From assembly GCF_018977255.1 (NCBI RefSeq), contig NW_024704774.1, positions 992,001 through 1,056,000 on the forward strand: 64,000 nucleotides of DNA, in the 5' to 3' direction. The position numbers and the translations under genes were made by a program. Each line of letters opens with the position of its first letter. Position 1 is the stretch's first letter. Below the pieces are notes generated by a model. The model saw only the letters and a program-made list of their open reading frames with translations, was not told where the DNA came from and did not search any database. Positions 26,878 to 38,987 of the stretch are shown in pieces. The stretch is from Callorhinchus milii. Its lineage: Eukaryota.

Positions 26878-27832
26878 CTGGACAATTACACACACACACA
26901 CACATACACACGGACAGAAACATGTTTCAACTCATCTGATTGTAAAGAGGGGGGGTGGAAATAAAAAAAAGCATCATGAATAGATCGCAAAGTACATTTA
27001 AGGGAGTGGGGGGTTGGGGGGGTTGGGGGTTGGGGGAGAGACAAGCAAAAGCACCACTTGGCATTCACACGGATGTATGTATTGGCTGAGGCTGTATGGC
27101 AAAGCCATTGTAATATCGATTTTGATCCATGTGCATGCGGGCAGATTTTACTCCATATTTGAGGCAGCAAGTTAGGTTGGCAAACCGGTGTGTAACTGGA
27201 ACAGGGCTGGTTCACACCCGACCCCATCTCCCCCAACCCGCACCCACCCACCCACCCACCCGCACCCACCCGCCAGGCTTCGCCTTTTATATATCCACCT
27301 CTCTCGCAAATCGCGAGCAACGTTCAGCAGCATCGACTGCGAGAGCTCTTTCCTCTCCCCTCTACTCACCCCCTTCCCTTCCCTTCCCTCCCTCCCTCCC
27401 TCTCTACCCCCACCCGAAATAGCCGGTTACACTGGAGACATTTACTGTAGCATCCAGCGTGCGCTGATTGTACTTCGGTCAAACTTAAGAGGGCAGGTGT
27501 ACTGTGCTGCCTCCACGCACCCGAAAGAAAACTGTGCGTAAAAGCGGCCAGAAACGCTCCACACAATAGCCCCCCGAAAAGCTTTTGAAGTTTGTGAATA
27601 AAATGGGGAGGGGAGGGCGGGCGGACCGGGTGGGCACGTACATTTTGGGAGATCCACAACAATAGGGGGTTGGGGAGGGAGGGAGGAGGAGGGTGGGGGG
27701 TGGTGTGGGTGGAGGAGGTGGGAGGGGGGGGTTGGAAAGCCCCCCACCCACCCACCCACCCCGTGCGATCTGCTGGGGGTTAAAAAGTAGGCAAAGGGAA
27801 ATTTTTACAAGAAAACAAGAGAAAAAAGTAAC

Positions 27833-27842
27833 CTTCGGCCAT
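27833..27842 (-). CDS. LIN28B: LIN28B coding exon 1 (ATG GCC GAA G)
   Basis: GGCAACATGGCCGAAG/GTTACT. The 10-nt phase-1 coding exon joins exon 2 in frame to give MAEGGASKG, the LIN28B N-terminus. Confidence 0.96.
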
Positions 27843-28048
27843 GTTGCCACACAGGCCCTATGTCCAGACCGGCCCGATGAGAACTTTTTCCTCGCACTGG
27901 GTAACCTTCTGCATCAATCCGGCCTCAGAGGATTCGGCGATCAAAATTTTAGCGCTGGCCAGCGCTCGCATGGTCTAACGTGCTTTTCCTCTTTAGCCCC
28001 TTTTTTTTTCCTCCTTTCCTGGCCCTGGCGCACGTGACTCCGTCAATT
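27843..28048 (-). promoter_or_regulatory. LIN28B: LIN28B 5' UTR / core promoter with E-box CACGTG (28031-28036)
   Basis: Minus strand AATTGAC..AGTCACGTG, AGCAC.TTAGACCATGCGAGC and GATTGATGCAGAAG match blocks I recall from the mammalian LIN28B leader. MYC-family regulation of LIN28B is established. Confidence 0.75.
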
Positions 28049-28149
28049 ACATGCTTTCTTGCCGCTAATTACACATCGCAGCCTTCGGAGAGGCAGCGCC
28101 GAGCCAATCCCACTCTGCTCCAACCTGTCACCGCACATAATCGATGATT

Positions 28150-28440
28150 CGGCGGGGAGGGGGGCGGGGGGCGGTGGGGAGGGGGGCGGGGGGGGGGGGG
28201 GGGGGGGTGGTGGGGGGGGGAAACCTTCCAGATTTTGTACCCAGCTAATTTGCCCAATTTTTTTTTGGGGGGGGGGTGGAAGGGGGTTGCAGAAATGTTT
28301 CACGTCTGCACGTTTAAACACACAAGGTTTGCTCTCCCCCCCCACCCTACCACCCCCACCACCTCACCCACCCCACCATCATCACCACCACCATCATCAT
28401 CATCACCACCTAACCCCACCTTCTCGTTTGTGTCTTTGGA
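28150..28440. repeat. Poly-G / GC-box tract and (CCA/CAT)n low-complexity tract upstream of LIN28B
   Basis: GGGGCGGGG boxes and long G-runs at 28153-28220 and 28266-28277; C-rich and (CAC/CAT)n at 28337-28420. Confidence 0.85.
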
Positions 28441-31400
28441 ATAAAACTCCCCCCCCCCTCCTCAATCTCACGGTGTTGAAATAAAAAGTCACGGTTTAAA
28501 AAAAATCTTTTTAGGACTGTAAGGATAAGGCATAACGCCTGATCGATAAACTCATTCGCAAGACTCCACACAAATAATGTTACTGTCCGTTAACATTACA
28601 GCGGGTGTTTCCGAAAGGCTGGGGAATTGCTCGTTTTTTCCAAAACAAAAGTTTCGAGCAAGCAAGAAATAACAGAGGAAATGGGTAAAATAAAGGGTGA
28701 TTTGAAGCAAAATAATAAAATGCTCGTATCAGATAGATCTCACAGAATACTGTCTTGTGGTGCCTTTTCACATTAGCGGCACTGTAGCCCTACATGAAAA
28801 CAGCAACAGCCCCACAAAGCCATTTGATTACTTTATAATTATTTCTTGCACCACAATCGCGGACGGGTGACCTCCCCAGAGCGAGGTCACTCTTATCTGA
28901 AATTCAAATTTCTACGTTAACCCATCTCCTTTTAAACAGACAGTACTTGGGGTTTAATAAAACGATGCTCGGGGTTAGCTGTGCTCCATGGAGCAGCTGC
29001 CTTTTTAAACAGCTCGCCTCGTTTGACTTTATAACAGTATTTGTGGCTCTGGAGAAGGCAGGTTTTGAATGCACATCATCAGTAAAGATGATTAGTCTTC
29101 TCCAACATGCGACTTTCCCCCATTCTTTGTGAAAAGGAAATTCCCCTCCAAAAAGGTTCAAAGGTCAAGCGTTTGCTTCATTGATTCTGTTGTTATTTTG
29201 GAATACCTTTACGTTTGGTATTTCCGAGAGAAATGTGAAAAAGGCTCTCTCCGAAGAAGGAAAAGGCAGGTCAGCAAAAAAGTAGTTTGTCACCGATGGG
29301 ATCTTTCGTGGAAACCACCGATTTCACATCGATTAACACGTATTGTCCATTGCCATGCGTTTTGCTCAGAAAACTGGCCTGACGTGTCGGCGCCAACTAG
29401 TCTGACCAATTGTAAGGGGAATTTTGCACTTAAAGGGCTTGTTTACCAATTCGACATCATCGCCTTAAATGAATGTCGAAAAAAATGATATATGCTTTCA
29501 CACAACATATGAGCTTTTGTCCCTGCAGCGTGGAGTTTAAGTATTGCTTGTGGTGTGAGCGTTTTTTCTAAAAAATAAACTGGGGGTGGAATCCAGTAAC
29601 TAATGCAGAAGCTCTCAGTCCTGAAATTCCTTTGAAGTCTTCAACCATAAATTTCCTATAGGTTATTTCAACAGAGCGTGAGTTCAGGTCCGATCCCTAA
29701 ACTGACCTAAGATGGTTGCGTTCATTGGTTCGGATTTTTCTCTCTCTCAGCATTTCCAATACGTTTTTTTTTATCGCTCCGTCGAATTAATTTAAAGCGA
29801 TCGGTATCTCAAACCTATTGCATAGCACATTTTTTTGCCATTACCTTCTTGAGACAATTTTGTACTAACTGCGTGCAACGAATAGGTGTTTTTTTTAACA
29901 TCAATTCTAAACACGAGTCTTGCCCGAAAAACTGACGTTGTTTCCCTCGGAAGGCTTTAATAAATAAAACTCGTTAAAAATGTATCACAAATAATATCTA
30001 TGGCTCTCCCTATAGAAAGGTTCTTCGTTTGCTCCTTCATTACTAATGTAACTAAATGAAACGTCCCGAGTTTTTAATGCAAATCTAAAACAAATGCGGG
30101 ATATAAAGTGCTAAATTCTTGACATTCTTAAAAGTCTTTCTTTAATGAACACCGTCTCTGTAAGAAGTTGAAAAGTTCCCAGTTTTGCCGATTACCCAAT
30201 GTTTCCTAAACTCATAAATTAACCTCAATACAAATTGATAAAGTCAGTTGCAAAACTGCATCTGCAATGTACAGAACTGAGGTTTCCCAATTTCCCCTTT
30301 AATATTTGATCCGTCAGCTCCGGCACGTAGGAGTGGCTGTTTTGGGCTATTCTCGTATTAGGAAAATTAAGATCGGGTCAGTAGTGGTCACTGGTGTCAG
30401 ATGTTATCGAGTCTTTCGTTTCCTGTGAGAAGACTATCAGCCTTTCAAGTTATGCAAAGGTATAATCTTTGGTCAACCGGGAGCCCGGCTCCCACCTTCA
30501 GCCCATTCAGAAATAATCGCCCAAGTCGTTCTTTTATATGGGGGGGAGGGGAGAATTTATATATGTCCCTTCAACAAAAGATAAGGCAGTTTAGAAATGT
30601 TAATGGTTGTAGTAACGTCTCGTGTAGGACATGTCTTTATTTCGGGGGGGGGGGGGAGGGGGCAACGCATTTTTCTGCCAAGTCTTTATTTGAAATGTTT
30701 TAGTCGTGCCAAGTATTTAATAATATGTGATGGTGCTCATTGGCAGCTTGCATTTTTTTAAAAAAAAGTACGCTTTACGTTCGAGAGGGGGGGGGGACCC
30801 ATATGTTAAGAGGTTTGAATGTGCCTTTGACATTATTGGTGGTCAGCAACCGAGCATCGCACTGCTCAAACCCTACTGACGAGGCCTCGGACTCGTGGCC
30901 ACAAACGCACACAATTTGCCTCAATCGAACTTCATCTGTGGGTACAGACAAACCCCCGATGCGTTTGATCAGCTGCTGTGTAGGTTTTCTTTGCAGTTGC
31001 AGATGTGGAGTTCATTCAAAGGGGAGCAAAGGGTTGCCTTTAAAATCTTGTATTTTGACGGCTTAAATTGGGTGTTGATGGAGCGATAAAAAAAAATACG
31101 TTGTGCATTGAAACCAAAGAGCTCATTTGCAAAATCTCCTGTGGGAAAGAAAAGGTGGCGTGTAAATTTAGAGTGACAATTGGGTATTATCTCTAATTGG
31201 GTTTCCAGGACCTGGGGATGTTTTTTTTAATGATACATCAAGCTGAATGGATATTATTTTCCTGATATTTACACAATGCAATTCCTCAATGTTTTATTGC
31301 TCATCTTAATCACACAAACCAGGATTTCTGAAATCCCTTGGAGTCGCTATATTTTATTATATTATTATTATTATTTTGGAATCCCCAATTTGTTTTTATT

Positions 31401-33429
31401 TTCGCGGTGCGTATGGCAAAACGAATTTCGAAAAGAAAAAAATCCCCAAAGTGTTTCCATTTGTTGGAGCAACGCTGAAAAATACATTAAAGGCAAACGA
31501 TTTCACATATCGAACATCAAATAATACTTAAAACGACAACATTAGTGATCAGGAAATGACTTTGCTGACTATTGAAATGGATTAATTTACAAAACTCAAT
31601 GTGTGGGGTTAACTGGGGAGGGTCAACCACTGGATAGTTGGATACTTGATCAGAGTTATTAATTAGATAAGAACGAGCCTTTTGTAATAATAATAATAAT
31701 AATAACCCCAGGAACAAAACCTGCTGATTTGTGATAAGCAGAGCACTGTGTCGTTGTTTTGTTTCTCTTTATTCCCTCTCTCTCTCTCTCTCACCTCTCT
31801 CTCCTCCCTCCCAAATAAAAGCAACGAGAAGGTTGACTCATGACGCTTTTTTTTCTCTTCCCCTTTTTTGCTCTTCTCGCCTGGTTCACGTGATATGAAG
31901 GAAATCAGTCCGGAAAGACCGGCGTTTTGGAGCAGCTTTCCGTGCGATCGCCTGTGCATCAGGACCTCGGGTCTTACCTTCGTGTCCCCAGTGCACAGGG
32001 CTGGCTTTAGGGGTGGGGAGGGGGGGATTGCGGGGCTCCGAGTAGGCGATAGGACAGCAGGACGAGCTGCTCTCTTTGCGTCAGGTATCCGAGCCCACCC
32101 TATAACGACGCGTCTTCAACCCGGAAAATACTTCCAAGTTGGGGGGGGGGTGGGGGTAAAATGCAAGTGGGACTCAGACCTGCGCAGCACCAACTCTGAG
32201 CCGCTGGAGAGAGGGAGAGAGGGAGAGGGAGAGAGAGAGAGGAGCAACGGCTCCATTAAAGAAAGCTGTCCTTTTCCGCTTGGACACGCACAAGGAATTA
32301 CACTGAGCAATGTTTACTAAATTGTGGAGCGTGGAAATAACCACAGCTTCCGGTAGCAGCACGGTACAAATCCAGTGGGTAAATGCAACCTCTTTAATGA
32401 GCCATATATATATATAATATATATGTGTGTGTGTATATGTATGTGTGACAATTCTTCATTACGTGCGTTCGTTGACGTCCCTTTCCCACCCCCTACACAC
32501 ACACACACACACCAATACCTGGTGGAGTATAGTGCGTGCAACTCATTCATAAATGTGAAGGTTTTATATTGCTGCCGATGGGGGCAGCTGGAGCAGAAGC
32601 ACAAGCTGACCCATCAGTGTAGAGCTACACCAGCGCTTGTTGCTGAACACTAATTACAGCCCGAAATCAAACAAGACAGATTAGCGCAAAGGACTGAATG
32701 CCTTCTCGCCCTCCTGTTTGCCGAGAGAAGATGCCCTATTGGAAATCCGAACGAAATAACCAATAACTATTGTATTCCCACCACAATACACCAGCTACCA
32801 GCTTGACGCCATCTTAAGACTCATTTCAACTACTTAGATGTTTTGCCATTCAGTATATATTTTTTTAAAAAGTATCTATACTCTTAACACAGCCCATCTC
32901 AGTAAATTGAAATGCATTCTCATTGTGTACTTCCTGAGCTCTGACCATACACAAATCCCTTAAAGAAACCTGAGGTTTAAACGGGAAAAATCAACAAACT
33001 CCATTTTTTAACAGTCATTGGCGAGTTCTTGTTCTTTCCAATTTAGCAATTCAGGTAAGCCCAGCTCACCAGCTTCCCCAGCTCCACAAACACCAGATCG
33101 TACAGAGCTCCACAGCCTATATCCTTTCCCACACTGGGCTCTCTGTGCCCATCATCCCCATCCTTGCACGGTTCCACTGGCTCCTTATTCCCCAGGGGTT
33201 CAATTTTAATATCTCATCCTCACCTTCAAATAACAATAACTTGCATTTATCCAGCGCCCCTCACACATGGTACCTTCTCTGGTATCAAACCTCACATGAA
33301 GTCACTATTTGACTGTCCGTTTGGCCAATTATCGCTTTTTAGTAAGAAATCTGTGAAATAATATAAAATATTATTAATGTGTGGCATAATAATAATACTA
33401 ATGCAGTGTATTTGTAAATCCTTACCTCT

Positions 33430-33660
33430 TCGACAATGTCAAGATCGCTTTTCTGTGGGTAATAATTCCTTCAAAAAATAATAATAATTTGGTCACTCAA
33501 TCCACGACTGTTTGTGGGACACTGCTGTGCGCAATTTGCTGCCGCGTTTCGTCCACAAAATATACAGTCAATTCACTTTACAGTCTATTCTGTGAAGCGC
33601 TTTGAGACGTCTCGAAAACGTGATCAGGCGCTATATCAAATGCAAGTGTTATTATTATCT
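33430..33660 (+). mobile_element. 5'-truncated tRNA SINE
   Basis: Core TTTGTGGGACACTGCTGTGCGCAATTTGCTGCCGCG and tail ending TGCAAGTGTTATTATTAT. Confidence 0.87.
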
Positions 33661-34271
33661 TTATTTGAGTCGAAAACAAATACTACTTTCATATCTGTGT
33701 CTAGAGGTGAGTGAGGTGTTTGCAGCTTCGCCAGGCAACATATTGTCATCTCTAGGGTTTTAGGAACAGACCAGTAATATAGTTGTTTTTATTATCAATA
33801 AAATGTGCATTTTTCCGCTCAATGCCACTTCTGATTCCAAAAATACACTGACAATACATATATATATATATATATATATATAGGTAACAAAGACCTCATA
33901 TCGACTTTCAGCAAAGATCATAGTTACCGATCATAGATCAAACAGTCAACGATTTTTTTTCCTTCCCTCCGTTTTAGAGGCGTTTCAATTGAAAAAATGT
34001 TGGGCTGACATTTGTTAACATTATTTGTGGTCAAGTGTTCAGCTTAATGATGGGAATGGGGGGCGGATCGGGGTGGACAGCACCCAGCATCTCATCCGAG
34101 AATTAGATTTTCTCGAGGTTTTCTATATTGGGGGTGGGGTAGAGAAAGGAAATGCACGCCTTAGCGAGTTAACTCCTTTTCCAATGGGCAGAGTGATCAG
34201 AAAAACCCGACATCCACTTCCTACACACACATATATGTATATATATATATATCAAACTCTAGCGAAACTCT

Positions 34272-34346
34272 GTCTGTCCGGCGCCTTGGGACGTCCTCCC
34301 AACATGAAAGGCACTGTACCAATGTAATTTTGTTACTGTTGTTGTT
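34272..34346 (+). mobile_element. Short L2 terminal fragment
   Basis: GCGCCTTGGGACGTCCTCCCAACATGAAAGGCAC followed by (TTG)n. Confidence 0.75.
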
Positions 34347-35686
34347 TACGGATACAGATTTTCAAGATATTTCCGCATTACGACTTGACAAATTATGCAC
34401 ATAATTATTTTCGTTCTTCGTTCTGTCAAGCCGCACGATGACATTTTATCCAGATTTTTTATCGAGTGTGAGCCGATAGATTACGGTAAAGCAAATGGGA
34501 CGGATTTCGATGTGAGTTTCGGTGGAGTGGAGCAGTACTGACTGAGTCCAATCAACTGTTTGACAGCGGTGACTGCAATCGCTTCAATAGCCGTAAAGAT
34601 CTGTAGAACTGCAAACACGGACTTTTGTCTCTCATTGTCGAGAAATTATTTCCAAATCAAAAAAAAACCCTGTACCCCAGTTCGGAGTATCATTGAAATC
34701 ATTTTAGTCAATCCTCCCATTGTCGAACGGTTTAAAATTATTTATAATATGTAGTGTTTTTTTGGTTTTCTGGGGGGCGATGGGGGCATTCAATACTTTT
34801 TGCTTTTTTGGTTTAAAAACAAATGATTGTTGTTAGATACAGCACTTGGTTCCCAATGGACGGCCGATCGACATCAAAAGATACTCCAACTCACTATCAG
34901 AAACAAGAACATTAGGACCTGCAGAATCTGGAGAAAGTTATCCAAACGTATGGTCTTTTGTTTCACGGCGATGGGATCTTTGCACAAGAATATCGTCTGC
35001 AAACCTACACCCACCCGTTCGCAGTTCAATTATCTAACAGCTCTTTGCTATTAAGATGAACTCGTTTGAGGCGTTTTCCCCCCAAAATAAGTATTGACCA
35101 ATGAATGCGCCAGTACAGTAATGTGTAGATAAATGGGGAGCTCGGGAACACTGCACGTTTCCATTGAGGACGAGAGAAAGGCAAACGGATTGTACCCTCC
35201 TCCCCCAATTTGGCCGATATACTCTTGGTCGGTCGTTTATATCTACTCTACCTGCGCCTCACACAGTGGTGAAGAATGAAAATGCTAATGAACGCAATGA
35301 AACACACTGCACCGGGAATCTGAAGTATCGCAAACACTCCGAACGATCAACGGGAGCGCAAATAGTCGGAGGGCAAAAGTCGGCCGATGTAAAATCCACC
35401 AGAGACCCGCAGATCCCAACCAGTTCCTTACAGCCTGTGCTCTGTCTCGGTCACACGCCGACGCTGTTCAGTCCCGACTTTCACAGCGATCGCTCGCAAG
35501 TCCCTCCCACCCACAGTCCCGATATTCATTCCGTTTCCTCGAGGTGCACTGGGTGTTAAGAGGCAGCATTTTGTTTCCATGTTCACTGGGAATATATCTC
35601 CACGAAAGCGCGAACATCAAAACTTGACCGGACGACAGATTTAACTTGAAATCGCATTACTACATTCTCTTATCCACCCATTCCTT

Positions 35687-35717
<31 letters not shown>

Positions 35718-37329
35718 GTCATCCATCATTTTTTCCAAATAAATTAACCAGAGAAACTATTTCAGAGCAACGCAATCGCACGGAAACGCCACCCGCGATA
35801 TTAAACATCTTCTCAATGGGATGTTATTGTGCAGTCCCGCAACTTAAAGTTGTTGGGAGCTGTTGATCCGATCGAACTACGAGCGAGTTTCAATAAACAG
35901 CAGCATCAGGACACAGAAAATACAGCATGTGGGACTGGAACAGGTTTAGAGACTTCACTATCTCCCGGTGGCGCGGTTAGCTTTTATTATTAACCTGTTC
36001 AACTTTCCTTTCCTTTCAGTTTCCACGATAATATGTACTCACAGGAATGCTCTAGAGAAGGAGGTCCCCGACCTTTCAGCCCGTGTTCAGGCTCCTTTGA
36101 GAAATGAACATAAGCCCATGTGTCAGGGACATCCTCTGTGACACCAGTAGATAAATATCCTTTTAAAATCTGCAATATCCCTTTTAAACTGGCGTTCCTG
36201 AGGGTCTTACAAATTACGCCTAATGGAAGTGGGCAGTTGCTTTTCTTATTGGGTAAGATTTTCTGGCTTGGCTGAAGGTTTGCATTTTACAAAAGCTGAA
36301 AATGCCGACTTGGAGATCGAGCAACACAACATCCTTCAGACAAACATGTCCTTTTAGCGAACTCCGCAAAATAATTAATATTTGCAAATGCCAGTTGGAG
36401 ACAGCAACGTCCTAAGCTTTATATGCATAAACATGATTCTACCTTTTTTTTCCATCACAGTTAAAAGTCTAATTTCACGCTTGGATTGGCAACATGCCAT
36501 TCATTGACTTGGCTGGTCTTTCGCGACGTGTGAAAATAAAGTAATTGAATGTATATCAAAAGTATTATTGGTTTAAAACCAAATGATGCCGAGGAATTAT
36601 TTAATAAGACAAGGTATCAATGTTGTCTGTTCACTTAGTATGTGCGTGTAATGTGCAAAATTTAAGGACGATTAACAAGAAGTCGAGAGAAACAGTTTGC
36701 AACTGAAAACGCCGTTCATCCCTAATTCATCTTAACAAGTTAAATCGCGTGAGCCGTTTCGCTGTCAACATTGTCCCAACAGCTGCGTTTATAGTGAAAT
36801 ACAAGTGCATTGTACTTGGACAGTAAATGTATAAAGGGTAGTTGTTATCCGTTTTGTGTCGCAAGCAGCAAAACAAGTCAAAGTGCACTGACAAGTGTTT
36901 ATTGTTGGAGCGGCATTGAAGTTCCAGGAAACGCTGTTCCTTCATAGCCGGACATGCGAGGACGAGGCATTCCAGAAAGATATAGAGATCAGGAATGTCC
37001 AGGGCGCCTTCCCAGCTAACCACTGGCTCAGAAACTCTAGATTCAGTCTCCAATTCGTGTCCTTTTAATTCTTGTGTATTTTTCCTGTGTGACAGTCACC
37101 GTGGAGTCCGCTCTAAACGGTGGCTGCCATCAACACAGTTGTTTTTTTTCCCCGTAGAACGGGAAAAATAAAATGCAACCACGTTTCCTCAACATTAATC
37201 ACCTTAGGGCAGTCAATTTAAACATTTCTGCTGTTGTTTTCAAATCGATGTATCAAAAAGACACAATATTTTAAAACTACATTTCTTGCCAACTTTTAAA
37301 GCTGTCCTTTGGGATTCTTGGAGATGGCT

Positions 37330-37441
37330 CATCCACAAAATACACAATAAATCCACTTTACAATATATAATGTGAAGCGCTTTGAGACATCTCAATGATA
37401 TAGTAAGGCACTATATCAAATGCAATGATTATTATTATTAG
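37330..37441 (+). mobile_element. SINE 3' fragment
   Basis: CACAAAATAC..GTGAAGCGCTTTGAGACATCTC..CACTATATCAAATGCAATGATTATTATT. Confidence 0.75.
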
Positions 37442-38987
37442 AATGCATGTTTATTCCCCCCCACCAACCCTCGTCTGGAATGTGTGTGTGTTTAAATCTT
37501 CAGTCTGCAACTTGCCCTGATGTTAAAAACATTTACCATGTGTCAGTGTACCACAAAGCCATACTCAAATGAAGCCATATTCATGTTCCAATCCTGCTCT
37601 ACTTTATGTTTGTTGTGGGTATGAAGGTTGGACAAAGCTGGCCTGGGCTAGTCAAGGGAATCTGCTTCTCCTGATTACTATCATCACCTGCAAAGTGTAT
37701 AAAGTAAGTTCTGTGAGACGTTGTGCGGTGTGAAGGGTGCTATATAAATGCAAGTTGTTGTTGTTATGTGTGGTTATTAGGAGATGGCAGGAGCAGGCAT
37801 GCTGTGAAGCCATCCATAGACAAATAGCTCACACGGGAAGATTAGTGCAGATATTTGTGTTTCTGGAACCGTGCTCTAGCATAAATCAGCACCTAAAGCG
37901 AAGGAAATTGATAATAATATCTTCTACTTGCATTGTATAATATCTATTCTACACAGACAGATATACTACAGGATGTAGTTTATATATGGACAACCTTAAG
38001 GATTATATTCCAGGCATGTCTTTTAGGATTCCGGGATTTTTTTTATGTTGTTGCATTAATGGCAGTATTGTCTGCGGATCTCATATATATTAGTTACCAT
38101 CCCACTCTCATTGGTGGGATACAGTGGTTGGTGCTTCTCAGTGTACATGTACATTGATCAAGGAGATATTGATTGTAATATTAAACAATTTGTGTGATGC
38201 AAGGCTGGTTCATGATATTGGTCTTTAAACCTCAGGAACAAGGTGGCACATTGTAAGAGGACTTCTCACCATGCTAAAAGTGGATGTTTGAAAAAACTGA
38301 CATAATAACTCAGTCTGGGATCACAATTTTGAGTTGTGAATTTTGTTGTCACGAACATAAGACAGAATTCAATGTCTTCCTGGTTGGTACCTCAGCATCC
38401 ACTCCTGAAGCTCTGCACCTCCAACTGGCAGAATGCCTAAGCAATGGATTGCCGCATTTGGCCTAGAGAAAGGTGGCAATATATTCTTATACGTTATGGT
38501 GATGTGCTCACCATACTCCTAGTGTTTTCTATTAATCTCGTGAGCACTCACATCTACACGCATTAGTGTGTCCAATGACAAACTTGTGACTATCCTCCTG
38601 TGGCAAGTAGGAGTCTCAGTGGCTTTGTGCTACACTTACACATGGTAAATGCTTTTAACATCAGGGCACTTTGTCCAAGGTGACTTGTCTGGTGAATTCA
38701 AATCACTGCTTTGTAATCTGATACCCAATTCAGTGAGGTCCAAGTACTCCACGGCATTCCTGATTGACCAATTTGCCTGGCTCATCACTAAATCTTTGGG
38801 AGGTAGACAAGACACAAGGGAAACATCTAGGTGCTGATAACAGTGCAAGCTAATATTGCAAAGCACAGGTAGCCCGAGTTGCACAAATAATGGTAAGCAA
38901 ACCAATGCTTCTTACTGCAAAAATGAGCAACCTGGTCAGATTCCAGGAGAAACCCAAATTGCATTTTCAAGTCCAAAACATTTTGGC

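Larger units (their letters stand above)
24900..37150. promoter_or_regulatory. LIN28B: Large CpG-rich (probably hypomethylated) domain around the LIN28B promoter
   Basis: CpG dinucleotides are visibly frequent from ~24.9 to ~37.1 kb and rare in the flanks. GC boxes, poly-G/C tracts and GA repeats are present. Confidence 0.75.

Noticed and set aside
26480-26923. 147-aa ORF as a single-exon protein
   Set aside because: Only 26877-26693 is coding (LIN28B exon 2); the rest is intron and (TG)n.
28043-28484. Poly-Gly/Pro/His ORFs upstream of LIN28B
   Set aside because: Translation of low-complexity promoter tracts; no homology or splice support.
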